Assembly: GCA_963790305.1 (NCBI GenBank)
Contig: CAWBOC010000009.1
Span: forward strand, 800,001 to 864,000
From: an uncultured Gemmatimonadaceae bacterium
GTDB taxonomy: Bacteria; Gemmatimonadota; Gemmatimonadetes; Gemmatimonadales; Gemmatimonadaceae
Direction of reading: 5' to 3'
Length of the DNA stretch: 64,000 bases
Shown one piece after another: positions 56,301 to 64,000 of this stretch; within the stretch, counting starts at the first letter, position 1; each line of letters starts with the position of its first letter. The position numbers and the translations under genes are program-made. The notes beneath the pieces were generated by a model. It was not told the origin of the DNA. It saw nothing but the letters and a program-made list of their open reading frames with translations, and did not search any database.

Positions 56301-57644
56301 ATGATCAGGCTCGCGGCGGCAATCCTTCTTCCTCTCGCGGCACTAACCGCCGCTCTCGCCACGCCGACGCAGGCACAATCCCCGCTGAGCAGCCAGCTGC
56401 AGGCGCGCATCACGGCGATCGAGCCCAAGGTCGTCGCCTGGCGGCGTGACATTCACCAGCACCCGGAGCTCGGCAACCGAGAGGTCCGCACCGCCAAGCT
56501 GGTGGCCGATCACCTGCGTGCGCTCGGGATCGAGGTGCAGACGGGCGTCGCACACACCGGCGTCGTCGGACTATTGCGCGGTGGGCGGCCGGGACCGGTC
56601 GTGCTTCTCCGCGCCGACATGGATGCGCTTCCGGTGACCGAGCGCGTCAACCTCCCATTCGCATCGAAGGCGAAGGCGACGTACAACGGCGCGGAAGTGG
56701 GAGTGATGCACGCCTGCGGGCACGACACCCACGTCGCCATCCTGATGGGGGTCGCCGAAGTGCTGGCGTCGATGAAGAACGAGCTTCCGGGGACGGTGAA
56801 ATTCGTCTTCCAGCCGGCTGAGGAAGGTCCGCCGCAGGGAGAGGAAGGCGGCGCGAAGCTGATGGTGAAGGAGGGAGTGCTCGCCAATCCGACTGTCGAT
56901 GCTGCCTTCGCCCTCCACATCTCGTCCAAGCAGGAGGTGAATGGGATCTACTACAAGCCCGGAGGCACGTACGCGAGCTCGGACGATTTTCGCATCACCG
57001 TGAAAGGAAAGCAGACCCACGGCGGATATCCCTGGAACGGCGTCGATCCCATCGTCACGTCGGCGCACATCATCACCGCGCTCCAGACCATCGTGAGCCG
57101 GGGGATGGAGCTCACCTCGAACGCGGCCGTGGTCACAGTCGGGAAGATTCAGGCCGGAGTCCGCGCGAACATCATCCCCGAGCAGGCGGAGATGATCGGG
57201 ACGATCCGCGCCCTGACGCCAGAGGATCGGACACGGATTCACGACCGCGTTAGGCAGATCGCCACCTCGGTCGCGGAGAGCATGGGCGCGACCGCCGAGG
57301 TGCAGATCCCGGTCACGACCGAGTATCCGGTCACCTTCAACAACGAAGCGCTAACGGCTGCGATGGTACCGGTGCTTGAATCGGTGGCCGGCCCGGGCCG
57401 GGTGCGGCTCGTTCCCGCGGAGACGGGAGCCGAGGACTTCTCCTTCATCGCGCAGAAGGTGCCGAGCTTCTACATCCAGCTCGGTGGGCGTCCGGCCAAC
57501 GTCAAGGAAGAGGACGCCGCCGATCATCACACGCCTGATTTCTACATCGATGACAGCGGGCTCGACCTCGGCGTAAAGGCGTTGACGGCAATGACGCTGC
57601 ATTACATGCGCACACGCCCTGCCGCGCGTGCGGCGGCCCCGTAG
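56301..57644 (+). CDS. Secreted M20D amidohydrolase
   Basis: RRDIHQHPEL, LRADMDAL, MHACGHD, FQPAEEG, AEDFS. Confidence 0.93.
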   Translation: MIRLAAAILLPLAALTAALATPTQAQSPLSSQLQARITAIEPKVVAWRRDIHQHPELGNREVRTAKLVADHLRALGIEVQTGVAHTGVVGLLRGGRPGPVVLLRADMDALPVTERVNLPFASKAKATYNGAEVGVMHACGHDTHVAILMGVAEVLASMKNELPGTVKFVFQPAEEGPPQGEEGGAKLMVKEGVLANPTVDAAFALHISSKQEVNGIYYKPGGTYASSDDFRITVKGKQTHGGYPWNGVDPIVTSAHIITALQTIVSRGMELTSNAAVVTVGKIQAGVRANIIPEQAEMIGTIRALTPEDRTRIHDRVRQIATSVAESMGATAEVQIPVTTEYPVTFNNEALTAAMVPVLESVAGPGRVRLVPAETGAEDFSFIAQKVPSFYIQLGGRPANVKEEDAADHHTPDFYIDDSGLDLGVKALTAMTLHYMRTRPAARAAAP

Positions 57645-57653
57645 CGCCCGGCG

Positions 57654-58764
57654 TTAGCTACCGCTGCGGTCGAGCGCGCTCGCGACGTCGCTGATGAGAT
57701 CCTCCGTGTACTCACATCCCACGCTGAACCGCACGAACCCCTCGCTGATCGCGTCACCTCCCCACCGCGCGCGCCGCTCGGCGCTCGAGTGTACGCCGCC
57801 GAAGCTCGTCGCTTCTCGTACGAGCGTGAGCGCGCTCAAGAACGTCTCTGCACGCTCGCGCGTGCCGAGGTCGAAGCTCACCACGGACCCGAACGCCAGC
57901 ATTTGCTCGCGCGCGATCGCGTGCCCAGGATGCTTCGGCAAGCCCGGATAGTACACGTCCTCGACGTCGGACCGCATCGAGAGAAAGTTGGCCAGCTGCT
58001 GCGCTGAGCCGCACTGCTGCGTCAAGCGCAACGGCAGCGTCGCGAGCGAGCAATGCGCGAGCCACACCTCCATCGGTCCCGGAACCGCCCCATGCTGCGT
58101 TCGCCAGGTCCGCAGCGCGGTCGCCTTCTCGGCGTCGCGGGTAGCGACATGGCCTAACACGAGATCGCTATGACCGGTCAATGCTTTCGTGTCCGAGGCG
58201 ACCACGCAGGTAGCGCCAAGGTCGAGCGGTTGCTGAAGGTACGCGGTGGCGGTGGTGTTATCGACGACAACCTGCACGCCCTCGGCCTTCGCCGCTTCAA
58301 CCAGCACGCGGATGTCGCAGACATCGAGCTGTGGATTGGTCGGTGTCTCGATCAGAAGCAGCTTCGCACCCTGGAGCCGATCTGCCTGTGCATTGTCGCG
58401 CGTAGGCGCCAATCGAACCTCGACGCCGAGCTTCTCGAGCCAGCTGGATGCGAGCAGCCGGGTGGTGTAGTAGCAATCGGAGGGCAGAACGATGGCATCA
58501 CCGGCCGCGAGCGTCGTGCCAAAAATGGCGCTCATAGCGGCCATCCCCGAGGCGAACGCGACCGAATGCCCTCCTTCGAGGACGCCGAGCGCCGTTTCCC
58601 ACGCCGTCCACGTTGGATTCTGGAAGCGGCCGTACGTGAGCGCGTGTCCGGCGGGATCCCCGCGCGCCGTGTACGTGGATGAAAATTGCGGCCCACCTAG
58701 AGAATGGACCCTCGAGCTCGGGACCGCGGTAGCCCGCGTGGAGGATGGCTGTGTCTCGATGCAC
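57654..58764 (-). CDS. Cystathionine gamma-lyase/synthase family PLP enzyme; +1 frameshift near 58701
   Basis: YGRFQNPT, FASGMAA, ETPTNP, VDNT, SDTKALTGHSD; the N-terminus (DTAILHAG) is in a different frame. Confidence 0.88.
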
Positions 58765-58833
58765 TAATGTGCGACCTCTCGCATGTTGGCGTTGCCAGAA
58801 ATGGGCGGTGGCTCCGTCCAGTTTAGCATAGGC

Positions 58834-58923
58834 GAGTGGAGAGTGAGAGTGGAGAGTGGAGAGTGGAGAGTGAGGAGTGATACGAATTTCTCACTCTTCA
58901 CTCCCTACTCTCCACTCTCCACT
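58834..58923. repeat. Inverted tandem-repeat element, family E (GAGAGTG)n...(CACTCTC)n
   Basis: Heptamer arms between divergent genes. Confidence 0.88.
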
Positions 58924-59007
58924 GCCGCGGACGACCGGTCCCACTGCGCGGCCAGATCGTCCCTCCATCGTTGCCCGCTCCTGCCACCGGTCTCACATTG
59001 GCCCAGA

Positions 59008-60342
59008 ATGAGACCGATCATCGGCGTCATCGCCCTCGTCGCCGCCGTCTGGACCATCGCGGCCCCCGGCATTGCTGCCGGCCAGCAGCCTCCGCGCCCG
59101 ACGGCGATCGTGAACGTCAACGTTCTGCCGATGGATGTCGAGCGCGTGCTCGCGCGGCAGACCGTCCTCATCGAGAACGGGCGGATCACGCGCCTCGGTA
59201 GCGTCGAGCAAGTAACCGTTCCGCCGGGAGCGGTCGCCATCGACGGCACGGGCAAGTACCTCGTGCCCGGACTGGCCGACCTGCACGTGCACCTGAACTA
59301 CAACCCCGTTGACCACCACGCCCATTTGCTGAAGTTGTTCCTGGTGAACGGCGTGACGACGGTGCTCAACCTCCGCGGCACGCCGCAGATGCTCGAGCTG
59401 AAGGCGAACGTGGCGGCGGGGCCGATCCTGGGGCCGCACGTCTACACCGTGGGCCCCTATATCAACGAGCCGTTCTTCACGACCCCGGATGAGGTGGAGC
59501 GGGCGGTGGTCGAGCAGCGGCGCGCGGGCTACGACTTCGTCAAGCTGCACGGCGACCTTTCGCGCGACGCGTATGCTCGCCTCAACGCCGTCGCACGGCG
59601 CGAAGGCATTCGCGTCATCGGGCATGCACCCCGCAATCTCGGCATTGAGGCATTGTTCGAGGAGAAGCAGTACGCTCTCGTGCACGGCGAAGAGTTCCTC
59701 TACGATCGGTTCAACCGCTCGACGGATTCGTCGCTGCCGCACGTGGAAGCGCGCATTCCCGAGCTTGCGCGCGAGACGGCACGGGCGGGGATCTGGCTCA
59801 TGCCGAACCTCACCGGGTACAAGGCGATCGCGCGAATGGTGCGCGATCTCGATGCGTTCCTCCGCCAACCGGAGATCCGATACCTCCCGCGCGGGAATCA
59901 GATCGGCTGGGGGCCGGCCACGAATCCCTACACCAATCGGATGGCTCCCAGCAGGTACGAGCCCATCATGATGCGATACCGCTTGCTCGAGCACTTCGTG
60001 CGCGAGTTTCGCGCGCGCGGCGTGCGGATGCTCGTCGGAACGGACGCGATGAACACGGGCGTCGTGCCCGGCTTCTCGACGCACGACGAGCTCGCCGATC
60101 TCGTGGCGGCAGGGCTCACGCCTTACGAGGCGCTGCGCGCGGCGACCGCGAATGCGGCGGAGTTCCTGGGAGAACCGAGGCGAGGCACAATCGTCGTGGG
60201 CCAGGATGCCGATCTGCTCCTGCTCGATGCCGATCCTCTGAAGGACATCACCAACACCCGCCGCATTGCAGGCGTAATGCGGGGTCAGCGATGGATGGCC
60301 CGCGCGGATCTCGACGCCATGCTGGCTGAGCCGGTGCCGTAG
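59008..60342 (+). CDS. Secreted metal-dependent amidohydrolase
   Basis: Signal peptide; PGLADLHVH, GVTTV, GTDA, ADLLLLDADPL; start reassigned to ATG at 59008. Confidence 0.88.
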   Translation: MRPIIGVIALVAAVWTIAAPGIAAGQQPPRPTAIVNVNVLPMDVERVLARQTVLIENGRITRLGSVEQVTVPPGAVAIDGTGKYLVPGLADLHVHLNYNPVDHHAHLLKLFLVNGVTTVLNLRGTPQMLELKANVAAGPILGPHVYTVGPYINEPFFTTPDEVERAVVEQRRAGYDFVKLHGDLSRDAYARLNAVARREGIRVIGHAPRNLGIEALFEEKQYALVHGEEFLYDRFNRSTDSSLPHVEARIPELARETARAGIWLMPNLTGYKAIARMVRDLDAFLRQPEIRYLPRGNQIGWGPATNPYTNRMAPSRYEPIMMRYRLLEHFVREFRARGVRMLVGTDAMNTGVVPGFSTHDELADLVAAGLTPYEALRAATANAAEFLGEPRRGTIVVGQDADLLLLDADPLKDITNTRRIAGVMRGQRWMARADLDAMLAEPVP

Positions 60343-60354
60343 CTGCGGCCCGTG

Positions 60355-60861
60355 TCAGCCGCCGTCGGACTGCGCCACGGGAAAGATCAAGCACGTCGTC
60401 GTGCCGGAGGCGAGCAGGTCACCGTTCGAGTCAGTGAGACGACCTTCTGCCGACGCGATGCGCCCACCACGCGAAAGGACCTTCCCCTCGATCCTCACTT
60501 CACCCGTTCGGTGAGTGATGGGCTTGTGAAACGCGATCTTGATCTCGAGGCTCGTGTAGCCTTCCCCCGCCTTGAGCGTCGAGTGAACCGCACAGCCCAT
60601 GGCGGTGTCGAGTAGCGTCGAGGCGTAGCCGCCGTGAATGGACCCGATGGGATTGTAGAATCGCTCGTCAGGCAGGGCGCGGAAGAGAATCCGCCCAACC
60701 TCGACCTCGACAGGCGCAATCGGTATCACCGCCGCCATCGGCGGCAGCGGATAGCGTCCTTCCCCCATCCCCTTCAGGAACTCGAGGCCGGGCTGAGCGA
60801 GAACTTCTTTCAGCGACACGAGGCCCACCTGTAAACCGGTCAGCGGATTCACCGCTGGCAT
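60355..60861 (-). CDS. PaaI-family hotdog thioesterase
   Basis: NPIGSIHGG, LLDTAMGCA; GGAGG RBS before ATG 60861. Confidence 0.92.
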   Translation of the reverse strand: MPAVNPLTGLQVGLVSLKEVLAQPGLEFLKGMGEGRYPLPPMAAVIPIAPVEVEVGRILFRALPDERFYNPIGSIHGGYASTLLDTAMGCAVHSTLKAGEGYTSLEIKIAFHKPITHRTGEVRIEGKVLSRGGRIASAEGRLTDSNGDLLASGTTTCLIFPVAQSDGG

Positions 60862-60907
60862 GCAACCTCCTTGGGAGCGACGCCTGTTCTGCGTACAACG
60901 CTTACCG

Positions 60908-61372
60908 CTAACGCTGCGCAGCTCGCTGCGGGTTCCAGGTATGCACCTCCTCGCGCGCCTTCGTGGCCCACGCGTACAGGGCGTCGTACACCACGAAGCC
61001 GTGCCGGAGCTGCTCGTGGTCGTCTGCGTAGAGTTGGGACAGGCCGAGCGAGATGGCCAACAGCCCCGCGCACTCCGGGGCGAGATCCAGCCGTGCCGTA
61101 TCAGCGCCGCGCACGATCGTCGCCACAACCGCCAGCGCCGGGTCGTCGAGCGCGTACTTCACGAGGAACGCATCGAAGCTGCACCGCGGGCCGTCGTGTG
61201 AAAGCTCCACCCCTTCGACATCATAGGGTATCGCACCACGCTCGGCGGCCACTCGCGTGACCTCGGCCGCCGGCACGAACAGGAACTCCGCCTCCCGATC
61301 GATGAAGCGGCGGATCAACCAGGGACACGCGACGCGGTCGATCTTTGGACGCTCTCGCGTTATCCACCGCAT
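60908..61372 (-). CDS. Stand-alone ChrB C-terminal domain protein (ChrF-like)
   Basis: WITRERPKIDRVACPWLIRRFID, CSFDAF, IVRGADT, YDALY. Confidence 0.88.
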   Translation of the reverse strand: MRWITRERPKIDRVACPWLIRRFIDREAEFLFVPAAEVTRVAAERGAIPYDVEGVELSHDGPRCSFDAFLVKYALDDPALAVVATIVRGADTARLDLAPECAGLLAISLGLSQLYADDHEQLRHGFVVYDALYAWATKAREEVHTWNPQRAAQR

Positions 61373-61406
61373 GGGTACCTCCGCGAATGGAGACCTCGCG
61401 CGGCAA

Positions 61407-62396
61407 TCACTTCCCTCTCCGCGCCGCCCGCGTGCGGCGCTTCCGCGACCCGCTTCGAGAAAGAGCCTGGGAAAACCCCTCGTAGATCCCATCGAACAGC
61501 GCGATGCCATGGGCTTCACGGTCGGCGTCCGAACGCTTCGCCCACCCTCGAAGAACGGCTTCGACGCCCGGCACCTCGGGACGGACATACCGACCGTCGC
61601 GAAGGTCGATTTCATGGACGATCTCCGCGACCGCGTTCATGGCCGAGTCCTCCAGGCCCAACGCTCTGATCATCGTCTCGAACGTGCACAGGTTGCCGAG
61701 ATGACTGAACTGCCCTTCGCTCATGTCGAAGGGCTCCTCCTCCGGTAAGGGGGCAGTCGAATACCGGATCTCGGCGTGCGCGTTGATGAACCGCCGTATC
61801 AGCCACGCACAGGCCAACCGGTCGACATACGGGTCGGGTCGCGTGACCCAGCGTTTGTGGCGAAACGAGGAGCGTGAGACGGGAGCCACGCGCACGTGCT
61901 CCGGACGGCGGGCCGCGAGCGCCTCTTCGATTTTCGCGAATCGTGAAGTGAGGAGCGCTCCCGCCCGAGATCCGAAGAAATCGATCCGCGCGACCTCTCC
62001 GTGCTCCTGCCTGAGCCTGGCCAGAAGCTCGCGCAGCGGCGTCTCATCCTTCGGATCGCGCCTTCGCGATCGGGCGAGCGTCTGCTCGAGCTCGGTTACG
62101 CGCTCGCCAAGCGTCGCGTAATCCTCCCGTCGCGCCTCCTGGAAGAGCGCGACGAGCTGGGCGTCGCTCATCCCTTCGAAGCGCTCGACGCGCATGAGCA
62201 GCGCCTCCCCCTTGGCCCGTTCGACTTCTTGCGCGAGCCATTGGAAGGCCTCGACGCACTCGTCACGCTCCGGGAGCACGTAAATGCTTCCTTTGGGGGA
62301 CACGGCGCCCAACGCGCGCAGACGGCGCCACACGGCGACCCGCGCGCTCGACCGCCCGGCGGACGGCAAGGAGTAGGAGAAAACGATCCAGGACAT
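61407..62396 (-). CDS. chrB: Chromate-responsive regulator ChrB
   Basis: RVAVWRRLRALGA N-domain plus WVTR..PYVDRLACAWLIRRF, CTFE, IVHEIDL. Confidence 0.88.
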   Translation of the reverse strand: MSWIVFSYSLPSAGRSSARVAVWRRLRALGAVSPKGSIYVLPERDECVEAFQWLAQEVERAKGEALLMRVERFEGMSDAQLVALFQEARREDYATLGERVTELEQTLARSRRRDPKDETPLRELLARLRQEHGEVARIDFFGSRAGALLTSRFAKIEEALAARRPEHVRVAPVSRSSFRHKRWVTRPDPYVDRLACAWLIRRFINAHAEIRYSTAPLPEEEPFDMSEGQFSHLGNLCTFETMIRALGLEDSAMNAVAEIVHEIDLRDGRYVRPEVPGVEAVLRGWAKRSDADREAHGIALFDGIYEGFSQALSRSGSRKRRTRAARRGK

Positions 62397-62403
62397 GCGC
62401 GTG

Positions 62404-62450
62404 TTGACGAGTGTAACATCCGTCGCTACTCTGTGCAATAGATGTTACAC
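62404..62450. promoter_or_regulatory. Overlapping divergent promoters plus inverted-repeat operator
   Basis: TTGACG-N17-TACTCT (+), TTGCAC-N17-TACACT (-), GTGTAACATC-N20-GATGTTACAC. Confidence 0.7.
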
Positions 62451-62470
62451 GCGCAGACTGGAGTGACCCC

Positions 62471-63457
62471 GTGCCACACGTGCTGATACCGATCCCCTGC
62501 AGGCCGTGGATGCTGAACGGACTGTCGGAGCGTCTGGTCGTCAGCCATTACGAGAACGAGTATGGGGCCGCGGTGCGGTGTCTGAACGCCATTCAGGAGG
62601 CACTGGCCACCATCGACTTCGAGGCTGCGCCCTCGTACCAGCTGCGGGCGATGAAGCAGGAGGAGCTCGCGGCGCTGGGCTCGGTCGTGCTCCACGAGTT
62701 GTATTTCGGCGCCCTGGGTGGTGACGGTGGCGTCGTCTTCACCGGCTCGGGGCCCGGCATGAAGATCGGGGAGGTCGTATCGTCGGCGTTGGAGGAGCAG
62801 TTCGGCGGCGTCGCCGCGTGGCGTCGCGAGTTCGTCGCACTCGCCCACGCCCTTACCGGCGGCCCCGGGTGGGTCGTGTTGTGCTACGCACGGGGAGAGC
62901 GGCGCCTCTATAACCAGATCGCGTTCGATCACAGCCACGCCATGATCAATGCGGTCCCGCTGCTCGCGCTCGACATGTACGAGCACGCGTACCACATCGA
63001 TTTCGGCGCAAACGCCTCCGCGTACATCGACGCGTTCATGCGCAACATCGACTGGAGCGTGGTCAGCGACCGCCTGGTGGCGGCACGCGGCAATGGCGCA
63101 CACACGCAAGCAAGCCAGGGCCGGGATGATTCGGTGCCGTCGGTCTCAGTCGAGGAGCTGGCAGCGGAACGTGCACGAGGGGAGCGCATCCAGGTGCTCG
63201 ACGCACGCCCCAAACACTATTTCTCCCGCAGCAGCGACATGATGGAAGGAGCGACGTGGCGGGACCCGGATCGCGTCGACGAGTGGTCTCGAGAGCTCTC
63301 GCCGGACGCGCCCGTCGTGGTGTACTGCGCCTACGGATACTCGGTCGGCTGTGACCTCACGGCGAGGCTCCGGGAGCGCGGGTTCGACGCGAAATACGTT
63401 CGCGGCGGACTGGCTGCGTGGTACGCGGCCGGGGGCGAGCGTGCCTTGAAGCGTTAG
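62471..63457 (+). CDS. chrC: Fe/Mn-SOD-like ChrC fused to a rhodanese (ChrE-like) domain
   Basis: SHYENEY, LHELYF, LDMYEHAY.IDFG; VLDAR...VVVYC..G...GGLAAW. Confidence 0.82.
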   Translation: MPHVLIPIPCRPWMLNGLSERLVVSHYENEYGAAVRCLNAIQEALATIDFEAAPSYQLRAMKQEELAALGSVVLHELYFGALGGDGGVVFTGSGPGMKIGEVVSSALEEQFGGVAAWRREFVALAHALTGGPGWVVLCYARGERRLYNQIAFDHSHAMINAVPLLALDMYEHAYHIDFGANASAYIDAFMRNIDWSVVSDRLVAARGNGAHTQASQGRDDSVPSVSVEELAAERARGERIQVLDARPKHYFSRSSDMMEGATWRDPDRVDEWSRELSPDAPVVVYCAYGYSVGCDLTARLRERGFDAKYVRGGLAAWYAAGGERALKR

Positions 63458-63503
63458 AGCGCGGGCGGGAGGCCTGCATGAAATTCCTTCGAACCGTTGC
63501 GAC

Positions 63504-64000
63504 TCAGAGCGCGACGCTCAACGCCTCTGTCAGCTCATCGTCGGTGAGCGTGATCGGATTCCCCTGCATGCTGCTGGCGCGGCGCGCCTGATCGACGATC
63601 CGGAGAATGTCACCGTCCGTCACGCCGTACGACGCGAGCCGAGGTATCGCCATCGCCTCGACGAGCTCCCCCATCCACGCTACCCCGTCCTCGGCTTGAG
63701 CGTTCGCATCGCCCGTAAGAACTCGGGCGATCTCCTCGTATCGCTCGAGCGCCGGAGATCCAGGTGCGCGCGCCTCGAGGGCCCGCACGTTGGCCTCCAC
63801 GATCGGAGCGAGCAAGCGCGCACACGCGACACCATGCGGGATAGGAAACATTCCACCTAACGGGGCCGCGAATCCGTGGACAGCGCCGAGCTTCGCGTTC
63901 GCCAGCGCGAGGCCGCCGCACAGGCTCGCAACCGCCATATCGCGCCGCGCCTCCACGTTGCCGCCATCGGCGTAGGCCCGACGCAGGCCGCCCGCCGCCC
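63504..64000 (-). CDS. Iron-containing alcohol dehydrogenase (3' part only)
   Basis: LANAKLGAVHG, PHGVACA, GNP. Confidence 0.88.
   Translation of the reverse strand, partial: AAGGLRRAYADGGNVEARRDMAVASLCGGLALANAKLGAVHGFAAPLGGMFPIPHGVACARLLAPIVEANVRALEARAPGSPALERYEEIARVLTGDANAQAEDGVAWMGELVEAMAIPRLASYGVTDGDILRIVDQARRASSMQGNPITLTDDELTEALSVAL

Noticed and set aside
3285..58764. Calling the frameshifted EamA, DppB and cystathionine lyase genes (and the M14 gene at 1-2005) pseudogenes
   Set aside because: Each has a single +1 lesion with both halves intact; sequencing error is more parsimonious
6953..58923. Repeat clusters as CRISPR arrays
   Set aside because: Units are 7-10 bp, contiguous and inverted, with no unique spacers between direct repeats and no cas genes
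58783..59007. N-terminal extension of the amidohydrolase ORF (EWRVRVESGEWRV)
   Set aside because: Translation of the family E repeat; the signal peptide starts at 59008

Overview
GC-rich bacterial chromosomal window, most likely Gemmatimonadota judging by gene repertoire (inference). It is densely coding, with about 55 CDSs. These cover peptidases, a GAF/PAS hybrid kinase with an NtrC-type activator, TamA/TamB, a peptide ABC binding protein and permease, aroB, a sigma-70 family factor, glcDEF, ygfZ, a divergent Mur ligase, a molybdopterin oxidoreductase, an AAC(3)-IV-like acetyltransferase, lipoprotein paralogues, an Oar-type TonB-dependent receptor and a chr (chromate) cluster lacking chrA. 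No rRNA, tRNA, CRISPR array or classical transposase was seen. The main unexplained structure is a set of about 17 intergenic 'inverted tandem-repeat' elements in several sequence families, each a G-rich arm of 7-10 bp units, a spacer and a complementary C-rich arm. One of them carries a GxxExxY PD-(D/E)xK-type nuclease gene between 30-bp inverted arms. This suggests an undescribed nuclease plus non-autonomous element system. Other signals are a recurrent CGTTAGG(C) motif inside genes, a shared motif upstream of lipoprotein genes, three 59-aa ORFs missed by the ORF track, and four +1 frameshifts that are probably sequencing errors.
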